This document shows, piece by piece, positions 15,289 through 23,813 of a stretch of DNA of 32,089 nt. Numbering within the stretch: position 1 is the first letter of the stretch; each line of letters begins with the position of its first letter. The position numbers and the translations under genes were made by a program. A model generated the notes under the pieces. That model made no database searches and had not been told where the DNA came from. It saw only the letters and a list, made by a program, of their open reading frames with translations. This DNA comes from an uncultured Gemmatimonas sp. (GTDB lineage Bacteria; Gemmatimonadota; Gemmatimonadetes; Gemmatimonadales; Gemmatimonadaceae): NCBI GenBank assembly GCA_964586095.1, contig CAZPJF010000001.1, positions 1-32,089 on the forward strand, given 5' to 3'.

Positions 15289-17559
15289 CTACGGCGCCCG
15301 CGCGCCGCGCTGGACCGGCGACTGCAGCGGCTTCGCCTCCGCCGCGGACCGCAGGTACAGGTGCAACGTCCCCGGGGGGTGCCGCGGACTCTGCGGCGCG
15401 AGCTCCACCGCGCCGAACAGCGCCCGGAATCGATCCAGCTCCGGCCGCACGAGATCGCAATCGGACGGGTGATAGCACCGCAGGTTCGAGACATCCTGCG
15501 GCAGGCGCGTCGCCTCGCGGCGGACGTCGTGCCCCAGCGCTCGGAGCGTGTCGAGGACCGCCTGCGCCACGCCGTTCCCCGAATCGAAGATGACCACGCG
15601 GAACCGCGGGCGCGCGCAGTCCTCGCGCGAGGCATCGCAAACGACGCGCACCGAGGCCCAGTACTGCATCGCGTGATCCCGCTGCCGCCCTGCCGGCTCC
15701 CGCAGGAGCTCGACCACCGAGCGGCGGGCCAGCACGCCGAGACTCGGCACGTCGCGGAAGTACTCTCGGTCGTTGGGCGGGAGCATCGCGCGCGCGATGA
15801 GGTTGCCATCGACACGATATCGCGCACCGGCCACGATGGTCGCCGGGTCCGCCGAGAGCGGCTTCCCGTCCAGACCCACGAGCTTCGGTCGGCTCCAGCG
15901 TCCCCCGGCCCGGTCGAAGTTCCCGATCCAGACCCACCCGCTGTCCGAACTGGCGCGCACATCCGCGACGGTACTGGGCTGGTCCTCATCGGCCACGAGG
16001 GGGCCGACCGAACTGTCGGGGAGGATGGTGCGCTCGCTCGAGATCACGTCCACCGTGAGCTCGGCGCCGGGCACGTGCGCGCCGTAGAGGTCCGCGCCGG
16101 TGAGGACCGCGCTGTCGAAGCGTACGCCGGCCAGGTCCGCGTAGCGAAGCGAGGCGCCGACGAGCGATGCACTGCGGAGGTCGGAGTCCGTGAGGATGGC
16201 ACTGTCGAGGATCGCACGGTCGAGGCGGGCAAGCGCGAGGTCGGCGCGGCTCAGGTCGACGCTGCGGAGGTCGAGGTCGCTGAGGTCGGCACCGCGCAGC
16301 TGCACGTCGGCGAAGTCCCGCATCCCGCGGGCGACCAGTCGCCGAAGGTCCGCGGCACTGCTCGAAGAGCCCGCTCCGCTCCGCAGCCGCGCGATGGCTT
16401 GCTCGTCCTGCTGCTGCCGCCAGGCCTGCAGACCGGCGGCGACCACCAGAGCCGCCGCCATGAGCCCGGTCAGGATGCGCCCCGCCCACGACCGACGTGC
16501 GGGCTCGGCGGCGACCGCGACCGGCGTGCTCGCGACCTGCGCCTGTTCATGGACCCGCGCGGCGCCTTCATCGACGGCCGTCCAATCGAGGTCGTGGTCG
16601 AGGAGCGAGGCGAGTCGTGCGTACGCGGCGCTCACGCTCGCGGGATCCACCACCTCCATCGCCGCCTCGGCGACCGGCAGCCGTTCGCCGAAGCTCCACT
16701 TGGCGACGTACGGGATGTACAGGCGTCGCACCACGCGGTCGAGCGGGATGCCGACCGGAACCCAGTCGGCGTACGCGCGCTTCCACTCCTGCGTATAGCG
16801 GGCCCGCCACTTCTCGGTGCTGTCGTACTCGCGCGAGCTCTCGTCCCGGCTCGGGAGCGGGACCACGCGGAGGCGCTGGCGCGGATAGGGCAACTCACGC
16901 TGCATCTCGACCGCACGCTCGCTCGCGCGCCGCGCACCCACGAGACTCTGCTCGTTCGACGTGAAGAGCGTGACGAGCAGGTCCGGCAGGAGGATGGTGC
17001 ACACACCGCCGATGTCACTGATGCCGGTGCGGCTGTCGACGAGGATGAAGTCGTAGTTCGCGATCCACTGCTCCCGAAGCCCCTCGAGCACGCCGCCGAC
17101 GTCGTGCTCGGCGAAGAGCGCGTTCCAGTCCAGTTGCTGCAGCGCCTGGGCGTAGGTTCCGCGCGTCGGCAGGTCCTCGGCGCCGGCGGCGATGAGGTCG
17201 AGCGAGACGCCGTCGCCGAAGGGTCGCGCCTTCACGACGCAGGACCGCCAGTCCAGTGGCGTCGTGTCGCGCGCGGAGAGGAGGAGGTCGAGGACCCCCG
17301 GCGTCCGCATCGGATCGGGATCGAGCGACGACGGTGCGCGCTCGAAGTACTTGTGAAGCCCGGGCGCCTCGAGATCCCAATCGAGCAGCAGCACCCGCCG
17401 CTCCGCCCGCGCCAGCAGCGCCGCGACGTTCGCGAGCGCCATCGAACGGCCGACGCCGCCCTTGTGCGAGTAGAAGGTCACGACGCGCCCGCGCCCCCGC
17501 GGCGTGGACGACCCTGACGCAGCCTCCGCCGCCGGCGCATCGAGGGGGGTGTGGATCAT
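15289..17559 (-). CDS. KGGVGR-motif ParA/MinD-like ATPase fused to a TM helix, pentapeptide repeats and C-terminal domains
   Basis: VTFYSHKGGVGRSMALANVA, DWDLEAPGL, YDFILVDSRTG; hydrophobic ILTGLMAAALVVAAGL; A(D/N)Lxx repeats follow. Confidence 0.88.
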   Translation of the reverse strand: MIHTPLDAPAAEAASGSSTPRGRGRVVTFYSHKGGVGRSMALANVAALLARAERRVLLLDWDLEAPGLHKYFERAPSSLDPDPMRTPGVLDLLLSARDTTPLDWRSCVVKARPFGDGVSLDLIAAGAEDLPTRGTYAQALQQLDWNALFAEHDVGGVLEGLREQWIANYDFILVDSRTGISDIGGVCTILLPDLLVTLFTSNEQSLVGARRASERAVEMQRELPYPRQRLRVVPLPSRDESSREYDSTEKWRARYTQEWKRAYADWVPVGIPLDRVVRRLYIPYVAKWSFGERLPVAEAAMEVVDPASVSAAYARLASLLDHDLDWTAVDEGAARVHEQAQVASTPVAVAAEPARRSWAGRILTGLMAAALVVAAGLQAWRQQQDEQAIARLRSGAGSSSSAADLRRLVARGMRDFADVQLRGADLSDLDLRSVDLSRADLALARLDRAILDSAILTDSDLRSASLVGASLRYADLAGVRFDSAVLTGADLYGAHVPGAELTVDVISSERTILPDSSVGPLVADEDQPSTVADVRASSDSGWVWIGNFDRAGGRWSRPKLVGLDGKPLSADPATIVAGARYRVDGNLIARAMLPPNDREYFRDVPSLGVLARRSVVELLREPAGRQRDHAMQYWASVRVVCDASREDCARPRFRVVIFDSGNGVAQAVLDTLRALGHDVRREATRLPQDVSNLRCYHPSDCDLVRPELDRFRALFGAVELAPQSPRHPPGTLHLYLRSAAEAKPLQSPVQRGARAP
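16072..16314 (-). repeat. Pentapeptide repeat coding region
   Basis: FADVQLRGADLSDLDLRSVDLSRADLALARLDRAILDSAILTDSDLRSASLVGASLRYADLAGVRFDSAVLTGADLYGAHV. Confidence 0.85.
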
Positions 17560-17565
17560 CCCCGG

Positions 17566-18216
17566 CTACCGCGGTGACACGTCACTGCGACCGATCTTCG
17601 GCTGCGTCGTGACGAGCATCTCGTCCAGCTTCGGCAATGCGAAGAGCGACCGGCGGGGCGGCGCGAGGGGTTCACTGTCGGGCACGATCGCCGGCCACTC
17701 CGGGTCGAAGGCGGGTGCCTGCTCCATCGCGGCCGCCACCTCGTCGGCGAACTGCTTCACCATGAGTTCGAACTCGACGTAGGTTGGCGCCATCCGGAAC
17801 CCCTCGTTGCTGATCGCGAAGTTCCCGAGGTCCAGCCACTGGGTCGCCTTGGCGGCGGGCGGGAAGTGCCGGGTGCCACCCCACGCGATCGGCACGACCG
17901 GGCCGTTGCGCGTCCGGAAGGTCGCCCACTCCGACACGCACCACGCGGAGCGGAAGTAGAGCGGGTCCCAGATCGGCACCAGGCATACGGATGACTTGAG
18001 CGCGTTCACGACCTCGTCCTTCCAGGCACTTCCCACCTTGAGGTCCTGGGCATCGCGGAACACCACGGCCGGATACCCGAGCGCGCTCGACAGCTTGGAC
18101 TGGAGCATGCGCTCGAAATGGCGCTGCACCCACATCTCCACGTCGGAGTCGGAGACACGATCCCCGTCGCGCTGCTGGCGCTTGTAGCTGATGAACACCG
18201 CGTACTCGTACCCCAC
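17566..18216 (-). CDS. TIR domain protein (TIR_2/FxsC N-terminal-like)
   Basis: Y.VFISY, VFRD...L..G..W, AL..S..LVP.W.P.YFRS.WC..EW (catalytic Glu present); GGAGGAG RBS before GTG. Confidence 0.88.
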   Translation of the reverse strand: MGYEYAVFISYKRQQRDGDRVSDSDVEMWVQRHFERMLQSKLSSALGYPAVVFRDAQDLKVGSAWKDEVVNALKSSVCLVPIWDPLYFRSAWCVSEWATFRTRNGPVVPIAWGGTRHFPPAAKATQWLDLGNFAISNEGFRMAPTYVEFELMVKQFADEVAAAMEQAPAFDPEWPAIVPDSEPLAPPRRSLFALPKLDEMLVTTQPKIGRSDVSPR

Positions 18217-18246
18217 GAAGCTCCTCCGCCGCGTCGCGGCCCGAAG

Positions 18247-20577
18247 TCACACCGACATCAACATCCGCATCAGATTCGGCATCCCGTGCCCCTGATGCTC
18301 CCGTCCCCGCCCCAGGTCCGTGCAGCTCTTGAGCAGCAGCGCCTTCACCTCGTCCGGCCGCCCGATGAACTCGCGCCGCACCGACAGGAACGCGGCCAGC
18401 AACCCCGACACGTGCGGCGCCGCCATGCTCGTCCCGCTGTCCGCGCGATACAGGTTCGTGCTGCCTCGATACCGGGCGTTGCACGACAGGATGCGCTCGC
18501 CCGGCGCGACCACGTCGGGCTTGATCCGGCCGTCGGACGTCGGCCCGCGCGAGGAGAACGCGGAGACGCCGTAGAGGTGCGGCTTGTCCGGGTTGACCGA
18601 GCCCACCGCGATGCAGTCCTCGAGGTTCGCCGGGTCGCCGATCGACATCGGATGGTTGATCTCGAGCTCGCCATCGGGGGTGTTCACCTCGAGCATCCCC
18701 TCGTTGCCCGCCGAGACGACCGTGAGCACGCCCGCGCGCCAGAGGCGCCGCAACTCCACGCAGATCGGCGAGAACCCGCACCCGTACACGGTCGCGTCGT
18801 ACGGGCCGCCGAGGCTGAGGTTGAGGCCGTGGATCTGCAGCCCGGATGCGTTGTCGTTGATGCTCGCGATGTGGTCGAGCGCCTTGATGATCCATGCATC
18901 CTCGCCGGCACCATCATCATCGAGGACCTTGTACACATGGAGCCGGGCGAGCGGGGCCATGCCGCTGTACTGGCCCCGGCCGTCGCTGCCCGAACCGGCG
19001 ATGATCCCGGCCACGTGGGTGCCATGGCCGTCGAGGTCCCGGTCCTGCGGGATGACCCTCGGCGGACCCTGCTGCGTGCAGTCCCACACCTGCACGAGGG
19101 TCCCGGCGTCCCGGAAGTGCGGGTGATCCGCCCGCACGCCGGTGTCCAGCACCGCCCACGAGATGTCGCGCCCGAGCGCGCGGTAGCTCTCGCGCGCGGC
19201 GTCGACCTGCACCGCCGCCGCCGACCGATGGAGGAGCTTGCGCTTCCGGACGCTCTTCCACACGGCATACACGCGGATCTCCGCGTGCCGTCCGCTCACC
19301 TCGAGCAGCTCCTCGCGTGTGAGCCGCGCGGCGACGAACCGACGCAGCGAGTCGATCCGGGCCGCCTCCCTGGCCTCCTGCGCCGCCTTGGCCGCGCGCG
19401 CCCGGGGGACCCTGCTCGTGGCCTGCGCGACGACGATCCCCTCGACCAGTGCCGCTGCGCGCGCGATGCGCTCGTCGAGCGTCGTGCCGCGGATGCCCAG
19501 TTCCTTCTCGATCGCGGGCGTCCTCCGGGGGTCCTCGCCGATCGCCCAGTACCCGGGCTCCAACACCTCCAGCAGCACCGGCTGGCGCCCTTCGCCCGAC
19601 AGGTCGGACGCCACGTCCCTCGCCACGAGGAACCGCGCATTGCGGTCCACGCGCGCGGCCTCGCTCGCGATCACGCGCACCTTGGGATGCGCGAGGTATC
19701 CCGCCGCGGAGTGCGGGTTGAAGCCGAAGATGCGCGTGGTGCGCGTGTTGACGATCACCTCGTCGCGGACGAAGCCATCGGGCGAGAAGTCGTTGCTGAA
19801 TCCCTTGTCGAGCGCCACCGGGTCGAGCGGGTCGGCGAAGTTGTCCCAACGGCGGATGCCGTCCGGCACGGGGAGTTCGTTGTCGCCGAGCTGGTCCTGG
19901 ATCTCGCGGATGCCGAGCGGGGATCCGATGGTGATGAGATCGAGCCGCTCCGAGCCCGCGGCGGCGCGATTCCGGAGCGTCTCGTACGCGATCACGCTCC
20001 CCAGGCTGTGCGCGATGAGCAGCGCCGGCTTCGGCTCGATGTCCAGCACGGTGATGAGCCGCTGCTGCGCCTGCCGCCGCTTCCGTGCGTCGTAGAAGTA
20101 GGCGGCCGCATCGCGCACGAAGAGCGAGAGGAAGCCGCGCGTGATCGGCTTGCGGAGGAATCGCGGCAGCGGCAGTGCGCGCGCGCCGGGCCCCCGGGCG
20201 CCGCCGGTGGGTGCGCCCGCCCCGAGCTCCTCGTAGATGCGCGATGCGAATCGCAGCGCCTCGCGCTGGGCCTGCTTCGGCACCGCCCCGCGCAGGTCGT
20301 CGTCGGGCCGCGCGACGGCCGCCCGCGTCTCGAAGCGCGTCCGGATGTCCGCCGCAGGGTCGGGGTGATTGAGGTCCGACCAGCGCGCCATGCGCGTCTG
20401 CGCGCCCATCTCGCGGCCGAAGAGCGCGAGGTCCCACTCCCGCTTCAGCGGATCATGCAGCGCCTGCTTGCCGATCCCATGGATGTACACGACCGGCCGG
20501 CCATCGAGCACGGCCTCGGCCGCGGCGCGCCGAACGCCCCGGACCCCGCGCGTCGCCCCGCTCCGCTTCCTCGCCAT
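18247..20577 (-). CDS. S8 subtilisin-like protease with N-terminal alpha/beta-hydrolase domain
   Basis: S8 triad VLDTG, HGTHVAG, GTSMAAPHV and oxyanion SAGN; hydrolase motifs YIHGIG, AHSLG, LITIGSP, DPLDPV, NPH. No signal peptide. Alternative start GTG 20625. Confidence 0.92.
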   Translation of the reverse strand: MARKRSGATRGVRGVRRAAAEAVLDGRPVVYIHGIGKQALHDPLKREWDLALFGREMGAQTRMARWSDLNHPDPAADIRTRFETRAAVARPDDDLRGAVPKQAQREALRFASRIYEELGAGAPTGGARGPGARALPLPRFLRKPITRGFLSLFVRDAAAYFYDARKRRQAQQRLITVLDIEPKPALLIAHSLGSVIAYETLRNRAAAGSERLDLITIGSPLGIREIQDQLGDNELPVPDGIRRWDNFADPLDPVALDKGFSNDFSPDGFVRDEVIVNTRTTRIFGFNPHSAAGYLAHPKVRVIASEAARVDRNARFLVARDVASDLSGEGRQPVLLEVLEPGYWAIGEDPRRTPAIEKELGIRGTTLDERIARAAALVEGIVVAQATSRVPRARAAKAAQEAREAARIDSLRRFVAARLTREELLEVSGRHAEIRVYAVWKSVRKRKLLHRSAAAVQVDAARESYRALGRDISWAVLDTGVRADHPHFRDAGTLVQVWDCTQQGPPRVIPQDRDLDGHGTHVAGIIAGSGSDGRGQYSGMAPLARLHVYKVLDDDGAGEDAWIIKALDHIASINDNASGLQIHGLNLSLGGPYDATVYGCGFSPICVELRRLWRAGVLTVVSAGNEGMLEVNTPDGELEINHPMSIGDPANLEDCIAVGSVNPDKPHLYGVSAFSSRGPTSDGRIKPDVVAPGERILSCNARYRGSTNLYRADSGTSMAAPHVSGLLAAFLSVRREFIGRPDEVKALLLKSCTDLGRGREHQGHGMPNLMRMLMSV

Positions 20578-20643
20578 CGTCGCCTCGTTGCCGACCTCGA
20601 TCACGGCGCCCGCAGAGTCGGACACGGATGAAGCGGCGCTCCC

Positions 20644-20681
20644 ACAGTGCTATTGACACGTTTCGGTGTCAAGCACACCGT
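20644..20681. promoter_or_regulatory. Overlapping divergent sigma70-type promoters / palindromic operator
   Basis: TTGACAC-N6-GTGTCAA (20653-20672); + strand TTGACA-N17-CACCGT, - strand TTGACA-N17-CACTGT. Confidence 0.55.
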
Positions 20682-20713
20682 TGGGCGCCAACAGCGATGT
20701 CGTGGAGGCACGG

Positions 20714-21811
20714 ATGCCGACGGCGATCTTCACCGGAGCCGGCGCGTCGAAGGCGATGGGCTATCCCCTCACCTTCGAGCTGCTGCCCCTGATCCTCAGG
20801 GGGATCGAGGACGGGACGCTCTTCGAGGATGCCGCCGAGCATGCGGGCACCACGCGCGCGCAGCGGGCTCGGCGGCGGGAGGACCTGCTGCGCGACCTGC
20901 ATCTGCTGGTGCCGGGACTGGGACGCGTGGCGCGCCGCCACTCCCCGCTGATCACCGATCTCTTCTCGCTGCTCGACCACGCGATCCAGTTCGGCGAGCA
21001 CCTGCCGATCGGCGGCGATCGCCAGATCCGGCGATGCCGCTGGCTCCTCTCGGCGGCGATGGCCGACGTGCTGCTCGACGTCACGGAAGCCGCGTGGCAG
21101 CCGCTCCGGGAGCGTCGGGACACGCGGACGCGGCGATCGGCCACCGCGCGCATCGCCGACCGCTTCGCCGCGTGGGTCCGGTCGTTCGGCGCGAACGGCG
21201 GCGTGGTGACGACCAACTATGACATCGGCCTCGACCAGCTGCTCTACCGCCGGGAGTCCAAGGAGACGCTCCCGCACGCGCTCGATCTCGGGTTCGATTG
21301 GCGGCATCCCGCCGGCACCATCCACCCGCGTCCCATCGCGCCCCGGCTGCGCGTCTACAAGCTCCACGGTTCGCTCGACACGCTGAAGTGCCACACCTGC
21401 GGTTTCGTCTACTTCAACTGGTGGGGCCCGATCGCGCATCAGGCACAGCGGGAGCGACTCGACCGGAACAACACCTGCGAGTGCCGCAGCGACGAGCGGC
21501 TCGACCTGCACCTGGTCTCACCCTCGTTCATCCGGGACGTGCGCGACGCGAGCCTCCTCGCCACCTGGAAGAGCGCGCTCGAGTGGCTGCGGCGCGCCGA
21601 CCGGTGGATCCTCGTCGGCTACTCGCTCCCGACGGAGGACATCGCGATCCGCTCACTCCTCCTCCGCGCCTTCCACACCGCCGACGTGACGCCGAGCGTG
21701 ACCGTCGTGCAGCAAGGGCGCGCGGCGGAACCGCGCTACAGGCAACTCTTCCCGCGGGTCCGGTTCCACGATGCCGGGCTCGGCAAGTACCTCGATGCGA
21801 TCGGTGCGTGA
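20714..21811 (+). CDS. SIR2-like (SIR2_2-type) protein, putative NADase
   Basis: GAGAS, TTNYD, KLHGS, GYSLP motifs; CHTC...CEC putative zinc site; GGAGG RBS before ATG 20714. Confidence 0.88.
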   Translation: MPTAIFTGAGASKAMGYPLTFELLPLILRGIEDGTLFEDAAEHAGTTRAQRARRREDLLRDLHLLVPGLGRVARRHSPLITDLFSLLDHAIQFGEHLPIGGDRQIRRCRWLLSAAMADVLLDVTEAAWQPLRERRDTRTRRSATARIADRFAAWVRSFGANGGVVTTNYDIGLDQLLYRRESKETLPHALDLGFDWRHPAGTIHPRPIAPRLRVYKLHGSLDTLKCHTCGFVYFNWWGPIAHQAQRERLDRNNTCECRSDERLDLHLVSPSFIRDVRDASLLATWKSALEWLRRADRWILVGYSLPTEDIAIRSLLLRAFHTADVTPSVTVVQQGRAAEPRYRQLFPRVRFHDAGLGKYLDAIGA

Positions 21812-21925
21812 GCATGGCGCCGGGCTCGCGTGCCAGCGACACCGCACCCCTTCGCCACCACCGCCGACCGCGTTCGCACCGACCGCCTTCGCAGCTCCGC
21901 AGCCGCCTCTCTACCAGGAGTCCCG

Positions 21926-22936
21926 ATGACCGATGCAACCCCACCCGCCCCCGGCCACGCCCCGGTCTCGCGGAACGGCATCCTCGGCGTGCTCGTCGTG
22001 ATCACGGTGCTCGCGTTCGTGATCTTCTCGGGCCTCTTCGATTTCTTCCCGAACGACGAGTGCCGCCTGAGCCAGCCCGGCACCTTCCTTGAGATGCGCG
22101 ATTCCGCGCGGATCGCTGCCGCCGCAGGGCGAGACGGGGCGTCCGGGTCGGTTCCCGGGAGCAGCGACGCGTCGCAGGCCGCCGATCGCGCGGACACCGC
22201 GATGGCTCGCGATGCGGCGCGCGCCGCCGCGGCCGCGAGCAACCCGGACTGCGGCCGCGCCACGATCACCTGGCTCTTCATGCGATGGGACGTGTCCTTC
22301 GAGCAGCGAATGCTCCTGCTGGTGATCCTCGCCGGCATGCTCGGCGGCACGCTCCATCTCCTGCGCTCCATCTCCTGGTACATCGGCAACCGCGAACTGG
22401 TCTGGAGCTGGCTCGTCTACTACCTCTGCCTCCCGCTCGTCGGCGGCGTCATCGCCGCGATCGCGTACCTCGTGATGCGCGCCGGGTTCTTCCGCATCGG
22501 GATCGGTACGCCGTTCACGTACCTCGCGTCGGCCGCCCTCTTCGGGATGTTCTCCACCCCGGCGGCCCTCCGGCTCAAGGAGGTCGCGGAGGCACTGTTC
22601 GCTCGGCCCCGCGCCGGGCTGAACACCGCCCCGCCCCAATCGGGACCGGACGGCGGCGCCGCGCCCAGTGGCCCGCTCGGCATCACGAAGGTCAAGCGTG
22701 AGAGCCGTACCACCGGCGCCGACCGCGACGCTCTGGTCCTCACGGTCAGCGGCCTCGTCCCGGGCGTGACGGTCCTCATGAACGACACCGTCCGCGCCTC
22801 CTCGCCCGGCGCCGCCGGTACCCTCGTCATCCCCCTCGACGAGAAGGACGTCGCCCTCCTCGATGCCGGCGGCGACTGCCGTCTCGCCCTCAAGGCCCCC
22901 GACGGCGCCCTCTCTCCCATCTACGACTTCGCGTGA
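21926..22936 (+). CDS. Multi-pass membrane protein with C-terminal beta-rich (Ig/TIG-like) domain
   Basis: AGGAG RBS; about 4 hydrophobic helices incl. LLVILAGMLGG.LH.L.S...YIGNR.L..SW..YY...P.VG and AALFGMFS. Confidence 0.75.
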   Translation: MTDATPPAPGHAPVSRNGILGVLVVITVLAFVIFSGLFDFFPNDECRLSQPGTFLEMRDSARIAAAAGRDGASGSVPGSSDASQAADRADTAMARDAARAAAAASNPDCGRATITWLFMRWDVSFEQRMLLLVILAGMLGGTLHLLRSISWYIGNRELVWSWLVYYLCLPLVGGVIAAIAYLVMRAGFFRIGIGTPFTYLASAALFGMFSTPAALRLKEVAEALFARPRAGLNTAPPQSGPDGGAAPSGPLGITKVKRESRTTGADRDALVLTVSGLVPGVTVLMNDTVRASSPGAAGTLVIPLDEKDVALLDAGGDCRLALKAPDGALSPIYDFA

Positions 22937-22946
22937 GGCACCGCGC

Positions 22947-23813
22947 ATGATCACCCACCGCGAGGATCACCTCATCCCCCTGCGCAACGGCCACGCGATC
23001 AGCGCCGGCTGGACGGCCGCGACCGACAACCGGCCGATGGGCGTGACGTGGCACTGGACCGCCACCCGCGACCTCAAGCTCTGCACCGAACTGCTGGGCG
23101 GGCCGAACGCGCAGCGCCGCGGCGAGGCGAGCGCGCACTTCGGCGTGGGGCGCACGCGCATCGAGGGCATCCACCGCTACGTCCCCATGGAGCACCGCTC
23201 GTGGCACGCCGGCATCGGCCAGGTCTACCGGTGGGACGGGCGTGCGATGGAGGGCGACGGCCGCTTCAAGGGTTCGCGCACCACCATCGGCGTCGAGACC
23301 GTCCACATCGGCAATGCGCGCGGCAGCATCACGCCGCAGCCCGACTGGATCCCGGTCGCGGACACGAACGGACGGCTCTCCATGCAGGTGCCACCCTGGC
23401 CACCCGAGCAGGTCGAGATGATGATCGAACTCGGTCGCGAGATCGTCGACCGCTGGCGGCACATCAAGCCGCGCGACCACCACGGCCACCACGATATCTG
23501 CCCGGGCTACAAGATCGACGTCCTCGGCTTCCCGTTCGCCGAGGTGCTGCGCGGCATCTATCCGAACGAGCGGGTGCCCGACGTCTGGACACCACTCCGT
23601 TCCGCCAAGCAGCGACAGGAGGCGCTGATCCTCCTTGGTTACGACCTCGGCCCCGCCGGCGCCGATGGGGACTGGGGGCGCCGCTCGGACTCCGCGCTGC
23701 GCCGCTTCCAGCGGGAACAGGGCATGCGCGAGGACGGGATGTGGACGGTCTTCACGTCATACCGCGTGCACGACATCATGCCGGAGGCGCAGCGGCGGGC
23801 CTTCTTCACGTAG
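22947..23813 (+). CDS. N-acetylmuramoyl-L-alanine amidase (Amidase_2) with C-terminal peptidoglycan-binding domain
   Basis: WHWTA, SAHF, SWHAG, TIGVE, GHHD...K.D; PGBD pattern Q.AL..LGY..G..DG.WG..S..ALRRFQ...G..EDG; no signal peptide. Confidence 0.88.
   Translation: MITHREDHLIPLRNGHAISAGWTAATDNRPMGVTWHWTATRDLKLCTELLGGPNAQRRGEASAHFGVGRTRIEGIHRYVPMEHRSWHAGIGQVYRWDGRAMEGDGRFKGSRTTIGVETVHIGNARGSITPQPDWIPVADTNGRLSMQVPPWPPEQVEMMIELGREIVDRWRHIKPRDHHGHHDICPGYKIDVLGFPFAEVLRGIYPNERVPDVWTPLRSAKQRQEALILLGYDLGPAGADGDWGRRSDSALRRFQREQGMREDGMWTVFTSYRVHDIMPEAQRRAFFT

Noticed and set aside
17566-21811. Canonical Thoeris (ThsA/ThsB)
   Set aside because: The SIR2 protein has no SLOG/STALD domain and the genes are divergent and separated by a protease.
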